This document shows, piece after piece, positions 9,157 through 19,713 of a stretch of DNA of 64,000 bases. How positions within the stretch are numbered: the first letter of the stretch is position 1; every line of letters begins with the position of its first letter. The position numbers were made by a program, and so were the translations under genes. The stretch covers positions 25,968 to 89,967 of the forward strand of contig JAZQRR010000027.1 of the NCBI GenBank assembly GCA_045629645.1, in the 5' to 3' direction. The DNA comes from Candidatus Enterousia sp. (GTDB lineage: Bacteria > Pseudomonadota > Alphaproteobacteria > Rs-D84). The notes below the pieces were generated by a model that saw only the letters and a program-made list of their open reading frames with translations, did not search any database and was not told the origin of the DNA.

Positions 9157-11393
9157 TAATTCTTTTTAGCCTTGTTGTTAATTAATTTAATTGCCGTTTC
9201 TAAATCAGGTTTTTCACGTACTGAAACATTAACACGATTAGAAGATATATATGCGCCATATCTGCCAGTTGGGTAAAAGAAAATCATTTTCTTTGTTTCT
9301 GGATTTTCGCCAATTTTTTCTGGTTCGGTTTTTTTATTTGCATTTGCCAATAATTCACGTGCAATTTCCAGATTTATTGTTTCACTGGTATATTGTTTTG
9401 CGGCCACGTTTTTTGCACCATCTGTTACATAAGGACCAAATTTTCCAATTCTAAATTCAATACCATCACCCAATTCTGTTACATCAGATTTTATCTGTAC
9501 AGCAGAATCCATGTCTTGTACCGGTTTGTCATTTTTATTTAACTGCTTTGTATATTTACAAGTTGGGTATTTTTCGCATCCAATAAATGGTCCGAACTTA
9601 GACAATTTTATTCCCAATTTTGCCCCACAATCCGGACAAATATTATTTCCATCTGGGAATAAATGTTTGTTCATAAAATTATTAATCTCGTCAATAATAT
9701 CAGATGTTTTAATACCACGTGCACCATCAATCATTACATTGGTTGGTTTCCAAAAGTTTTCCAGTGCAGTTAATTTATCTTGTTTGCCATTTGAAACATC
9801 GTCCAAAGTGTCTTCTGTTTTTGCGGTAAAGTTTACATCAACCAAATCTGTAAAATATTTATTTAAATAAGAAGCGATAACCCAACCACCATTTGTTGGA
9901 TGGAATCTGCGTTGTTTGTCTTGTTCAACATAATTTCTATCAACAATAGTGGACATAATAGTTGCATATGTCGAAGGGCGTCCAATTCCCAATTCTTCCA
10001 GTTTTTTTACCAAAGATGCTTCTGTATATCTGGGTGGTGCCTGTGTAAAATGTTGTTCAGGTATCAGTTCAGTTATTTTTATTTTATCACCAATGTTCAT
10101 CTGTGGTAATTTTGCTTCTTTTTTATCGTCTTCGTCGTCTTTATCTTCGGTATATACTTTCATAAATCCGTCAAAAGTTCTGGTTGATCCAACAGCGTGA
10201 AATACGGCGACTTTATTGTCTGTTTCTATATCTGCGGCGACCGAGTCAAATTCTGCGTTACACATTTGACACGCAATTGTTCTTTTCCAAATCAGTTCAT
10301 ACAATTTTGCTTCGTCTCCGGATAAATTTTTAGCGGGTGCATCAAAATGCGTTGGACGAATAGCTTCGTGTGCTTCTTGGGCATTTTTAGATTTTGTTGC
10401 ATAAATATTTGGTGTTTTTGGAACAAAGTTATCACCATATTCGCGTCCAATAAAGCCACGAATTTCATTGACTGCATCTGCATTTAAATTTGTTGCGTCT
10501 GTACGCATATAAGTAATTAAACCTTGTTCGTATAATTTTTGCGCAGCACTCATTGTACGTTTTGATGCGAAATATAATTTACGTGCCGCTTCCTGTTGCA
10601 AAGTAGATGTTGTAAAAGGTGCTGCTGGTTTTCTGGTTGTTTTTTTCTTGTCTAAATTAATGACAGTTGCATCAATTACAGGTGTACCAATTTGTGTCAA
10701 AATATCATCAATCTGATATTTATTTTCAATGGACATTTTTTCTTGTTTTTTTCCATTGAATTTATTCAGCATTGCTTTGAAAGACGCGGATTCTGTCGTA
10801 CACACGGATTCCAAAGACCAATATTCAACAGGCTTAAATCCTTCTATTTCTTTTTCACGGTCAACCACTAATTTTACGGCAACAGATTGTACGCGTCCGG
10901 CAGATTTTCCTAAATTTCTGCGCCACAATAATGGTGATATACCAAATCCAATTAAATAATCTAATGCGCGTCTTACCAAATATGCATCAACTAAATTAGT
11001 GTCAATTTCGCGTGGTTCTTCAATAGCTGTTTGAACTGCTTTTTTAGTAATTTCATGAAATGCGACACGATAAACTTTTTTATCTTTTAATAACTTTTTA
11101 TTTTTCAGAATATCTAATAAATGCCATGCAATGGCTTCACCTTCGCGATCAGGGTCGCTTGCCAGATAAACAGCATCTGCTTTTTTTAATTCTTCTGTAA
11201 TTAATTTTATTTGTTTTTCTTTACCTGGCATAATTTGCCATTTCATTGCGAAATTATTATTTGTATCAACACTGCCATTTTCTGGAACTAAATCGCGTAC
11301 ATGTCCAACAGACGCAATAACACGCCATCCATTACCCAGATATTTTTCAATGGTTTTTGCTTTTGATGGAGATTCAACAATCAACAGATTCAT
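9156..11393 (-). CDS. topA: DNA topoisomerase I
   Basis: The protein starts MNLLIVESPSKAKTIEKYLG. I moved the start to the ATG at 11393, because the track ORF extends 34 codons further and would overlap rodA. C-terminal zinc-ribbon repeats are present. Confidence 0.95.
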   Translation of the reverse strand: MNLLIVESPSKAKTIEKYLGNGWRVIASVGHVRDLVPENGSVDTNNNFAMKWQIMPGKEKQIKLITEELKKADAVYLASDPDREGEAIAWHLLDILKNKKLLKDKKVYRVAFHEITKKAVQTAIEEPREIDTNLVDAYLVRRALDYLIGFGISPLLWRRNLGKSAGRVQSVAVKLVVDREKEIEGFKPVEYWSLESVCTTESASFKAMLNKFNGKKQEKMSIENKYQIDDILTQIGTPVIDATVINLDKKKTTRKPAAPFTTSTLQQEAARKLYFASKRTMSAAQKLYEQGLITYMRTDATNLNADAVNEIRGFIGREYGDNFVPKTPNIYATKSKNAQEAHEAIRPTHFDAPAKNLSGDEAKLYELIWKRTIACQMCNAEFDSVAADIETDNKVAVFHAVGSTRTFDGFMKVYTEDKDDEDDKKEAKLPQMNIGDKIKITELIPEQHFTQAPPRYTEASLVKKLEELGIGRPSTYATIMSTIVDRNYVEQDKQRRFHPTNGGWVIASYLNKYFTDLVDVNFTAKTEDTLDDVSNGKQDKLTALENFWKPTNVMIDGARGIKTSDIIDEINNFMNKHLFPDGNNICPDCGAKLGIKLSKFGPFIGCEKYPTCKYTKQLNKNDKPVQDMDSAVQIKSDVTELGDGIEFRIGKFGPYVTDGAKNVAAKQYTSETINLEIARELLANANKKTEPEKIGENPETKKMIFFYPTGRYGAYISSNRVNVSVREKPDLETAIKLINNKAKKN

Positions 11394-11397
11394 AGTT

Positions 11398-12543
11398 CTA
11401 GCTTCCTTTGGCAGATAATTGTTGGTCTTTGTTAATATACGGGTTTTGACACAATCCGAACGCAAACAACAAAGATAGCAAACTGCTGCCACCAAAAGAC
11501 ATTAATGGTAACGGAACCCCAACGGTTGGTAATAAACCCAAGACCATGGAGATATTTATAAAATAATAAACAAAAAAGTTCAACATAAAACCAAAACAAA
11601 TTAATTGTCCGAATCTGTTTCGGCACTTTTTTGCACACCAAAACAACATAACTACAATCCAAGTATATATTATTAACAAGCAAAATGCCCCAATAAATCC
11701 AAGTTCTTCACCCAACATTGTAAATATAAAATCTGTTTGTTTTTCGGGCAAGAAAGATTGTTGTGATTGTGAACCTTGCATAAAACCTTGTCCTGTCATA
11801 CCGCCACTGCCAAATGCAATTTTTGCCTGATTAATTTGATATCCTGCGCCATGAATATCGCCGTCCGGATTTAAAAAAGTTAAAATACGTCCACGTTGAT
11901 AGTCGTGTAATCCACCGAACCAAACCACAGGCGCAGCCATTAACCCCAGTATCGCAGCGATAATAAACCATTTTTTATTTGCACCAACAATATAAAAAAT
12001 ACCAACTGTAATCATCCCCAGCGACAATGCAGTACCTAAATCAGGTTGTGCAACAATTAAACCAAACGGCACCAATAATAATAATAATGGTGCTAAATAG
12101 TTTCTGAATTGTCCCAATTCAACAGAATTAAACCATGCGAAATATCGTGCTAGCGCCAACACTAATGCGATTTTAATTAATTCTGATGGTTGTATATGAA
12201 TAAAACCCAGATTTAACCATCTTTGTGCACCCATACCGGTATGACCAACAAATGTAACCAATATAATCATAACCAGCGCAATCGCATATATCAGATATGC
12301 GGACTTTATCCATGTTTTTATATTTGTAAACGCCGCGAAAAAGAATACACCAAACCCCAGAATAATTTTACTTAGTTGTGATAAAGCATATGGTTTCCAA
12401 TTACCACCACCAGCAGAATACAGCATTAAAATAGATACAGCCAAAACCATACACATAGGCACAAATAACCCCCACGAAAAACGTCCCAGTTTTTCCGAGA
12501 ACATCATCATATTTGCATTTGAAACACGTGTTTGTTTTGCCAT
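11398..12543 (-). CDS. rodA: SEDS-family peptidoglycan polymerase RodA
   Basis: 381 aa, polytopic, of the FtsW/RodA family. It lies directly downstream of the PBP2 gene. Confidence 0.85.
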   Translation of the reverse strand: MAKQTRVSNANMMMFSEKLGRFSWGLFVPMCMVLAVSILMLYSAGGGNWKPYALSQLSKIILGFGVFFFAAFTNIKTWIKSAYLIYAIALVMIILVTFVGHTGMGAQRWLNLGFIHIQPSELIKIALVLALARYFAWFNSVELGQFRNYLAPLLLLLVPFGLIVAQPDLGTALSLGMITVGIFYIVGANKKWFIIAAILGLMAAPVVWFGGLHDYQRGRILTFLNPDGDIHGAGYQINQAKIAFGSGGMTGQGFMQGSQSQQSFLPEKQTDFIFTMLGEELGFIGAFCLLIIYTWIVVMLFWCAKKCRNRFGQLICFGFMLNFFVYYFINISMVLGLLPTVGVPLPLMSFGGSSLLSLLFAFGLCQNPYINKDQQLSAKGS

Positions 12544-12547
12544 ATTT

Positions 12548-14317
12548 TTATTCTTTTAATAATCCTTGCATTACTTTTGCGGCGGTTTTTGCGGCTGGAC
12601 CACTGGACCCCGAGTGTTCAGTAATAACGCAAATTGCGTATTTTGGGTTATCTGTTGGTGCGTAACCAACAAACAGTCCATGGTTTCGCATACTCCACTT
12701 TAATTGTTCATTTGTCAGAACACCTTTTGCGCGTTCTGCCTTGGAAATACTGCGTACTTGGGATGTTCCTGTTTTTCCGCCCATATATTTTCCATTTACA
12801 TTAATTGCGCTGCCACTGGCGGTACCACCTTTTTTTGTAACCTGTTCCAATCCGCGTAAAACAGCCTTGATATTTTTGGTTTGCAACCCCAGTTTATCAA
12901 AAGTTTGTTTATTTTCATATTTTATTAATTGTGGTATAACTTTTTTATTAGAAGCGGCACGTGCCATCATAACGGCCAACTGTAAACAATTTGTCAGTAT
13001 AAAACCCTGGCCGATTCCAGATATAATTGTGTCACCATGTAACCAGCGTGCACCAACTTTTCTTTCCTTCCAATATCTATCTGGCATAATACCAGCCATT
13101 TCACGTGCTAAAATATCATCCATATATTTATCGGTCAGACCTAATTTTATTGCCATTTCTTTGATTGCATCAATACCAATACGCAGTGCGATTTGATAGA
13201 AATAAATATCGCAAGAATGTTTTAATGCACCGGCCAGATCAACATATCCGTGTCCATGTTCTTCCCAACAGTGATATCTTCTGTCGCCATAATCCCAGTA
13301 TCCTGGGCAATATATTTTTTCTTTTTCTGTAATTGCGCCCGCTTCCAGTGCGGCCAATGCCACAACAATTTTAAATGTAGAACCTGGTGGATATAAACCT
13401 TCGATTGTTTTATTCATAAAAGGTTTTGCAACATCTTGACGCAGACTGTTTATATATTCTTCACCATCATCCTGCGAGAACATATTTGGGTCAAAACTGG
13501 GGGTTGAAACCATTGCTAAAATATCACCAGATTCTATATCCAGCACCACACCACAGCCAGACCTGTGTGCAGTCAGTGCGTCATATAAAGTGCGTTGGGC
13601 AAAATCATTAATAGTTGTTTTTAAATCATTACCAATAACAGACGGTATAAATTGTGATTTATCTTCGCCTGTAACACGTCCCACAGCATTTGTAATCAGC
13701 ACAGTTTGTCCGGCATCACCTTTCATTTGTTTGTTGAATTTTTTTTCCAGTCCTGTGATTCCGGTTGTTAAAAAAGGTGCATTATGTACAGGTTTATCAG
13801 GCGTTCCAACATATCCAAATATTTGCGCCCCAGCAGGTCCCAATTCATAGACACGTGCAAAACCGCTTTCCACATGTAATCCGGCCAGATTTTTTGCCTG
13901 TAATTTTGCCAATGTTTTCCAGTCTGTATTTTCACTGACCAGTACAGGCTGGAATTTCATTTGTTTTTTTATTTTGTCGCGTATTTTTTTTACTTTTTTG
14001 GGTTTCAGTTTTAAATCATTTGTAACGGTTTGAATAAGTTCTTCTATATTTTTTGCTTCTTCTGGGATAATATAAATTCTGTAAATTGGCATATCACGTG
14101 ATATTGGTGTGCCATTACTGGACATTATTTTACCACGTTCAGGTGTATTTATTTGAATACGAAATGAATTTCTTTCACTTTTTTGTTTATATTCTTGATA
14201 GTTAAATAATTGCATTTGTAGCATTCTTATAACTAATACAGAAGTTAAAAAAGCACCAGCCCCCAAAAATAAAGCGCTGCGTCTGTCAAATGTGCGTGCG
14301 ACTTCTGTATCAATCAT
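12548..14317 (-). CDS. mrdA: Penicillin-binding protein 2 (elongasome transpeptidase)
   Basis: 589 aa with an N-terminal TM, the STFK active-site motif (PPGSTFKIV) and the KTGT box (GGKTGTSQV). Confidence 0.9.
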   Translation of the reverse strand: MIDTEVARTFDRRSALFLGAGAFLTSVLVIRMLQMQLFNYQEYKQKSERNSFRIQINTPERGKIMSSNGTPISRDMPIYRIYIIPEEAKNIEELIQTVTNDLKLKPKKVKKIRDKIKKQMKFQPVLVSENTDWKTLAKLQAKNLAGLHVESGFARVYELGPAGAQIFGYVGTPDKPVHNAPFLTTGITGLEKKFNKQMKGDAGQTVLITNAVGRVTGEDKSQFIPSVIGNDLKTTINDFAQRTLYDALTAHRSGCGVVLDIESGDILAMVSTPSFDPNMFSQDDGEEYINSLRQDVAKPFMNKTIEGLYPPGSTFKIVVALAALEAGAITEKEKIYCPGYWDYGDRRYHCWEEHGHGYVDLAGALKHSCDIYFYQIALRIGIDAIKEMAIKLGLTDKYMDDILAREMAGIMPDRYWKERKVGARWLHGDTIISGIGQGFILTNCLQLAVMMARAASNKKVIPQLIKYENKQTFDKLGLQTKNIKAVLRGLEQVTKKGGTASGSAINVNGKYMGGKTGTSQVRSISKAERAKGVLTNEQLKWSMRNHGLFVGYAPTDNPKYAICVITEHSGSSGPAAKTAAKVMQGLLKE

Positions 14318-14766
14318 TTATGAATCCTTTTGATTAATGCAGTTGTCGGCAAATACAGTGCGCATACCCAGATAAACACCCATACCCCACGCAACAAGTT
14401 TAATAATGTAAAATCTGAAAAAACTTGAATTATTATACCTGTTCCAATAAATATACCAAATGCAAAAATACCATCCATATCCATACGTGTAATATCAATA
14501 ATACTTTGGAAACCGTTCAATGCGTAAAACAGGCAGTACATCGCCATCCAAAAACATACAGTTTCAAAATTATAATCTAATACCAGACACATAAAAATAG
14601 AAAAAACAGGGAACCAATTTACAGGCTTTACAAAAGAACAGAAAAACACAGGAATCAGCGCCAATATCCCAGCAGGATTCCAAAAAGGCACAGATAAACG
14701 CCACAACCCAATTGTCAGTAAAAATGGGAAAGAAATTCTTAAAAAATGTACAATTTTATCTTTCAT
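14314..14766 (-). CDS. mreD: Rod shape-determining protein MreD
   Basis: 150 aa, polytopic, positioned between mreC and mrdA with 4-nt overlaps on both sides. Confidence 0.7.
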   Translation of the reverse strand: MKDKIVHFLRISFPFLLTIGLWRLSVPFWNPAGILALIPVFFCSFVKPVNWFPVFSIFMCLVLDYNFETVCFWMAMYCLFYALNGFQSIIDITRMDMDGIFAFGIFIGTGIIIQVFSDFTLLNLLRGVWVFIWVCALYLPTTALIKRIHK

Positions 14767-15587
14767 TTATATTTATTTTGTTGTGCGTCAAATTTTAAAA
14801 CCATCACGCGTGATATTTTTGACACAGGTGTAATTTTAACATCTGTTTCATCAATCATTTCGCCGACAATTAATCCTGCGGGTAATATTCCAGATATATT
14901 ACTGGTAACCAGCTTTATTCCGGCAGACGGTTGAAATTCAGGGTCGCTAAAAAATCCCATAGTTGGTGTTGCAGAACCATTACCTGTCATAAAACCATAA
15001 ACTTCGGAACCGACGACACGAACTGCGATATTTGTATCCGAATCTGTCAGGGCGCGCACGCGTGAAAAATCTGTTGCAACGTCAATCACGATACCGACTA
15101 ATGTCATATCTGTACTGGTAACAACCATACCTTGTTCTATTCCGTTTTTTATTCCGCGATTGATAATAAAAGTCTTGTGCCCCAGTGCGCTGTTATCATG
15201 AATAATATCTGCGATAATTATATCTTGTGGTTTTGATTTTATCAGGTCTAATTCTTGTGCCAGTTTTTGATTTTCTTTGATTGCGACATTGCATTCATAC
15301 TTATTAGCCAATGCTTCATCTAATCTGGCGCGCAGTTCTTCGTTTTCTGTACGCAGGCTGGATATTTCTGCGATATTATCAATTGCGCCACCCACAGCGC
15401 GTATTGGCCATGTAACGATATTACCAACCCACTGTGCAACAGGCACAACAACGTGCCCCATGGCGTTCATTAATCTGTAATCTGGTTTTGCAATCATTAT
15501 ATATATAAACAGAACAGGCAAAACCGCCGCTGCTGCTGCTGCTTTGACCAGTGGATATATTTTGGAAGATTTTTTTGTCTGGCTCAT
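14763..15587 (-). CDS. mreC: Rod shape-determining protein MreC
   Basis: 274 aa with an N-terminal TM, a coiled-coil (LRTENEELRARLDE) and C-terminal beta-rich MreC domains. Confidence 0.85.
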   Translation of the reverse strand: MSQTKKSSKIYPLVKAAAAAAVLPVLFIYIMIAKPDYRLMNAMGHVVVPVAQWVGNIVTWPIRAVGGAIDNIAEISSLRTENEELRARLDEALANKYECNVAIKENQKLAQELDLIKSKPQDIIIADIIHDNSALGHKTFIINRGIKNGIEQGMVVTSTDMTLVGIVIDVATDFSRVRALTDSDTNIAVRVVGSEVYGFMTGNGSATPTMGFFSDPEFQPSAGIKLVTSNISGILPAGLIVGEMIDETDVKITPVSKISRVMVLKFDAQQNKYK

Positions 15588-15631
15588 ATTGTTTAACTTT
15601 AATCTGAAAAAAAACGATATTCAATAAAAAC

Positions 15632-15659
15632 TTGATTTTTCTGTTATTTATGTCAGAAT
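15632..15659 (+). promoter_or_regulatory. Candidate promoter for rpmI-rplT
   Basis: TTGATT-16 nt-CAGAAT, with a TGt extended -10. Confidence 0.3.
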
Positions 15660-15728
15660 AATCATCAGTCAAAGTGGCAAGGCATTGCCATCAGACTGAA
15701 AAAATACCTATAAACAAGAGGATATAAA

Positions 15729-15932
15729 ATGCCAAAATTAAAAACAAAGTCGTACTTAAAAAAACGTGCGTCTATGACTGCAACTGGTAAAATCCGTGTT
15801 GCACGTAACTCTCACAAGAAACTGTTGCGCAAGAAATCTGCTCGTGCAAACAAGGCAGGTGCAAAGCCACAGTATTTGAACGATAACATGGTTGGACAGG
15901 CAAAGATTCTGGCCCCATATGGTTTGAAATAA
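15729..15932 (+). CDS. rpmI: 50S ribosomal protein L35
   Basis: 67 aa, beginning MPKLKTKSYLKKRASMTATGKI. Confidence 0.95.
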   Translation: MPKLKTKSYLKKRASMTATGKIRVARNSHKKLLRKKSARANKAGAKPQYLNDNMVGQAKILAPYGLK

Positions 15933-15950
15933 GCAAGGGGGTAACAGGTC

Positions 15951-16319
15951 ATGGCAAGAGTAAAACGCGGAACAACCGTTAAACAAAAACATAATAAAAT
16001 ATTGGCGCGCGCCAAAGGTTATTTGGGCCGTCATCATTCAACATATCGCGCAGCACGTGAAAAAACAGAAAAAGCAGGACAGTATGCATATCGCGATAGA
16101 CGCGTTAAAAAACGCGAATTTCGTGGTTTGTGGATTGTTCGTATCAATGCTGCTGTACGCGCAAATGGTATGACATACAGCCAATTTATGAATGGTTTAA
16201 AGAAAGCAGGCGTTGCATTGGATCGCAAGGTCTTGGCCGAAATGGCATATGCAGGCGATGCAAACTTCACCAAATTGGTTGATACAGCAAAACGATTTAT
16301 TTCTGCCGAAGCTAAATAA
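15951..16319 (+). CDS. rplT: 50S ribosomal protein L20
   Basis: 122 aa, beginning [18 protein letters not shown]. Confidence 0.95.
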   Translation: MARVKRGTTVKQKHNKILARAKGYLGRHHSTYRAAREKTEKAGQYAYRDRRVKKREFRGLWIVRINAAVRANGMTYSQFMNGLKKAGVALDRKVLAEMAYAGDANFTKLVDTAKRFISAEAK

Positions 16320-16353
16320 TACCTTGTCGGCAGGTATCTGTTTTGTAATAATA

Positions 16354-16386
16354 AAGGCCGTCAAATGACGGCTTTTATATTTTTAT
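16354..16386 (+). terminator. Rho-independent terminator after rplT
   Basis: GCCGTC-AAAT-GACGGC hairpin followed by a T-rich tract. Confidence 0.6.
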
Positions 16387-16401
16387 AATTAATCTGGGGT
16401 A

Positions 16402-17355
16402 ATGATTATGCAAGAACAAATAAAAAATATAAACACACTGGAAGAATTGCAAGTCTTGTACACAGCAACGTTCGGTAAAAATGGTACAATGACTGCGCGT
16501 TTAAAAGAAATGAAAAATCTGGATAATGATGCGCGTGCGGCATTAAATACAGAAAACCAAATGTTACGTGAATTGTTCAAAGTGCGTCAGTCGGAAATTG
16601 AAAATGCGGTATTAATGGCATCTTTGGAAAAGCAAAAATTAGATGTGTCATTAAATCCAATCGCAGAAAACAATGGAACTTTGCATCCTTTGACACAAAG
16701 TTTGTCTGATATTGCAGGAATACTTGAATCATTTGGTTACAAAATGTACACGGGCCCAGAAATAGAAGATGATTGGCATAATTTTACTGCATTAAACACC
16801 CCAATGCATCACCCTGCCCGCGATATGCAAGACAGTTTCTTTTTAACAAATGGTAATGTTTTACGTACACAAACATCTGCAATTCAAATTCGTGCGATGG
16901 AACGTGATGGTGTTCCAATTAAAATGTTTGGTGTTGGTACAACTTATCGCAAGGAAATGGATGCAACACACAGTCCTATGTTCGGTCAAATCGAAGGTTT
17001 ATATGTTGATAAAAATGTTACTATGTCGGATTTATTGGCAGATGTACGTGCATTTTTATCAAAATTCTTTGGGATTGAAAATATTGAATTACGTATTCGT
17101 CCTTCGTACTTTCCATTTACAGACCCAAGTATTGAAATTGATATGAAGTGGAAAAATGAAAAATGGTTGGAATTGATGGGCGCAGGTATGGTTCATCCAA
17201 ATGTATTACGAAATTGCGGTATAAATCCTGATGAATACCAAGGTTTTGCGTTTGGTTTTGGTTGGGACAGATTGGCAATGTTAAAGTATGGTCTGAACGA
17301 TATTCGTCAGTTTTATGACAACGATGTTCGTTGGTTACGCAGCGCAGGATTTTAA
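16402..17355 (+). CDS. pheS: Phenylalanine--tRNA ligase alpha subunit
   Basis: 317 aa with a class II aaRS core (HPARDMQDSFF, FRKE..DATHSPMFGQIEG). The start could instead be the ATG at 16408. Confidence 0.95.
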   Translation: MIMQEQIKNINTLEELQVLYTATFGKNGTMTARLKEMKNLDNDARAALNTENQMLRELFKVRQSEIENAVLMASLEKQKLDVSLNPIAENNGTLHPLTQSLSDIAGILESFGYKMYTGPEIEDDWHNFTALNTPMHHPARDMQDSFFLTNGNVLRTQTSAIQIRAMERDGVPIKMFGVGTTYRKEMDATHSPMFGQIEGLYVDKNVTMSDLLADVRAFLSKFFGIENIELRIRPSYFPFTDPSIEIDMKWKNEKWLELMGAGMVHPNVLRNCGINPDEYQGFAFGFGWDRLAMLKYGLNDIRQFYDNDVRWLRSAGF

Positions 17356-17370
17356 TACGGGGGTACAGTT

Positions 17371-19674
17371 ATGAAATGGACACTTGATTGGTTACAAGAA
17401 TATTTAAAAACAGACGCATCTGCACAAGATATATCTGATACATTGACACGCATTGGTTTGGAAATAGAAGATATGCAATCTCCGATTTCACCTGTTGCCG
17501 CAAAAATTGTTGAATGCAAGGCGCATGAAAACAGCGACCATTTGCATGTATTGATGGTTGACGATGGTTCTGGTAAATTGCGTCAGATTGTATGCGGTGC
17601 ACCAAACGTACGTGTTGGATTGGTTTCTGCATTGGCGGTACCCGGTTGTATTATCCAAGGGCATGAAATAACATCTGGTAAATTACGTGGTGTTTTATCT
17701 GACGGCATGATGTGTTCTGAACGTGAATTGGGTTTGGGTGATGATCACAATGGCATCATTGAATTGTCAGAAGATACAGTAATTGGTTCTCCTGTTCTTG
17801 AATCCAAGACAGTTTTTGATGCGGGTATTACACCGAACAGACCGGATTATTTATCTGTTCGTGGTATTGCGCGTGATTTGTCTGCGGCTGGTTTGGGTGA
17901 ATATGTTGCGTCATCAGACCCAGAATTCAAGACGATATCTGGCGCACGTTCTGTTAACTTGGAAACAGAAAAATGCCGTGCGTATAAGATGTTGGAAATT
18001 CACGGCATAACAGTCGCCCCCAGCAATCAAAAGATTGCATCACGTTTGCGTGCAATTGGCATTAATCCGAAAAATGCACCGGTGGATGCAACAAATTATA
18101 TCTGTTACGATATGGCCCAGCCGATGCATTGTTTTGATGCCGATGAAATAGACGGTGATATAACAGTACGTATGGCAAACAATGGTGAAAAGTTTACAGA
18201 CTTGTTCGGTAATGAACATGAATTACTTGATACAGATATTGTTATTGCAGATAACTGTGGTATTTTAGCATTGGCGGGTGTTATTGGTGGTGCGCGTGGT
18301 TCAACCACAGAAAACACAAAAAATATTATTTTAGAATCTGCAAATTTTGACAGTGTATGTGTTCGTAAAACATCAAAACGTTTGGGGATATCAACGGATG
18401 CATCATACAGATATGAACGTGGTATTGATCCAACAATAAATGGCATAGCAGCAATGTGCGCAGCAGATATAATTATGTCTGCGTGTGGTGGTGAAATTGT
18501 TTGTGGTGTTGCTGCGGGTTCAGATACACCGACAAATATTGCAATAAAATATACACCTGATTATTTTGTAAAGAAAACAGGTGTTGAAATGGCACCAGAC
18601 ACTCAGCGTGATATTTTAAATGCGCTGGGATATACCATTAAAGATTCAAAAGATGTATGGACTGTTACACCACACTCTTCACGCGTGGATGTTTCTATTC
18701 CGGAAACAGTTGTTGCAGATTTATTGCGTATATATGGATACGATAATATCATGGGTGTTGGTTCGCACACGATTGGAGATATGCAAACTCATGATGGTCG
18801 TGAAATGTATATCAAGAATCTGTTGGTATCACGTGGTTTAAATGAATGTCGTTCATTTGGTTTTGGAAACAGTCAAATTGAAAAAATACTGTCTGACAAA
18901 CCAATAATATCAGTTGCAAATCCAATTACTGCTGATTATGACACGATGCGAAATGGACTGTTGTCTTGTTTATTGACGGCGGTATCAAATAATGAAAAAC
19001 GTGGTTTTTCTGATTTAAGTTTGTTTGAATACGGAACAGTATTTGACAGTGATAATGTTGCAGACCAGCATACGCAATTATGTATTGTTCGCAGTGGTAC
19101 AACATCTCCAAAACATTGGACAGGTCGTAATCGCAACATAGATATCTATGATATCAAATCGGATTTGATTGCATTGATGCAAGGACAAAGATTTACTGTT
19201 TCCACAGAAAATGTTCCAATGTGGGCACATCCATACAGATATGGCGCATTGTACCAAGGCAAAAAGAAAATTGCAGAATTTGGTGAATTGCATCCATCTG
19301 TTGCCAAGAAATTGCGTATAAAAACAAATGTTGTGATTGCGATTGTTGATAATGTTGATAATCTGCCGGCAAAACGTGGCAGCAAACAGCCTGTAATATC
19401 AGAATATCAACCAATAACACGTGATTTTGCGTTTATTGTTGATGTTGATACCCATGCTGATAAATTAACATCTGTTGCGCAAAGCACAGACAGGCGTATA
19501 TCAAATGTTGTTGTGTTTGACGCGTTTGATATGAATAACGGCAAAAAGTCAATTGCATTTACAATAACAATTCAACCAACAGAAAATATGTCAGATTCAG
19601 ATTTACAGGACTTACAATCTGCTGTTATTTCTGCGGTTGAAAAGAAATGTAATGCAACGATACGCGACAAATAA
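17371..19674 (+). CDS. pheT: Phenylalanine--tRNA ligase beta subunit
   Basis: 767 aa with an N-terminal tRNA-binding domain (KAHENSDHLHVLMVDDG) and the B3/4 and B5 regions. Confidence 0.95.
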   Translation: MKWTLDWLQEYLKTDASAQDISDTLTRIGLEIEDMQSPISPVAAKIVECKAHENSDHLHVLMVDDGSGKLRQIVCGAPNVRVGLVSALAVPGCIIQGHEITSGKLRGVLSDGMMCSERELGLGDDHNGIIELSEDTVIGSPVLESKTVFDAGITPNRPDYLSVRGIARDLSAAGLGEYVASSDPEFKTISGARSVNLETEKCRAYKMLEIHGITVAPSNQKIASRLRAIGINPKNAPVDATNYICYDMAQPMHCFDADEIDGDITVRMANNGEKFTDLFGNEHELLDTDIVIADNCGILALAGVIGGARGSTTENTKNIILESANFDSVCVRKTSKRLGISTDASYRYERGIDPTINGIAAMCAADIIMSACGGEIVCGVAAGSDTPTNIAIKYTPDYFVKKTGVEMAPDTQRDILNALGYTIKDSKDVWTVTPHSSRVDVSIPETVVADLLRIYGYDNIMGVGSHTIGDMQTHDGREMYIKNLLVSRGLNECRSFGFGNSQIEKILSDKPIISVANPITADYDTMRNGLLSCLLTAVSNNEKRGFSDLSLFEYGTVFDSDNVADQHTQLCIVRSGTTSPKHWTGRNRNIDIYDIKSDLIALMQGQRFTVSTENVPMWAHPYRYGALYQGKKKIAEFGELHPSVAKKLRIKTNVVIAIVDNVDNLPAKRGSKQPVISEYQPITRDFAFIVDVDTHADKLTSVAQSTDRRISNVVVFDAFDMNNGKKSIAFTITIQPTENMSDSDLQDLQSAVISAVEKKCNATIRDK

Positions 19675-19681
19675 AAACATT

Positions 19682-19713
19682 AAAAAAAAGCCGGTAAATG
19701 CCGGCTTTTTTTT
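19682..19713. terminator. Bidirectional rho-independent terminator
   Basis: A-run, GCCGG-TAAATG-CCGGC hairpin, then T-run, between the convergent pheT and nth genes. Confidence 0.75.

Noticed and set aside
11394-11495. 5' extensions of track ORFs: topA 11394-11495, fabD 28357-28419, pal 37600-37689, TPR 40589-40636, truB 58658-58687, rpsO 59448-59582, VirB6-like paralog 4 52466-52492.
   Set aside because: In each case, conserved N-termini, signal peptides or RBS spacing point to the internal start. The extensions overlap neighbouring genes or use non-ATG codons.
16365-16388. Mini-ORF ATG ACG GCT TTT ATA TTT TTA TAA (MTAFIFL, 2 Phe) between rplT and pheS, considered as a pheM-like leader peptide.
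   Set aside because: Its ATG lies in the loop of the rplT terminator hairpin, and the Phe codons are simply the terminator T-tract. There is no separate downstream terminator or antiterminator and no RBS. It is most likely coincidence.
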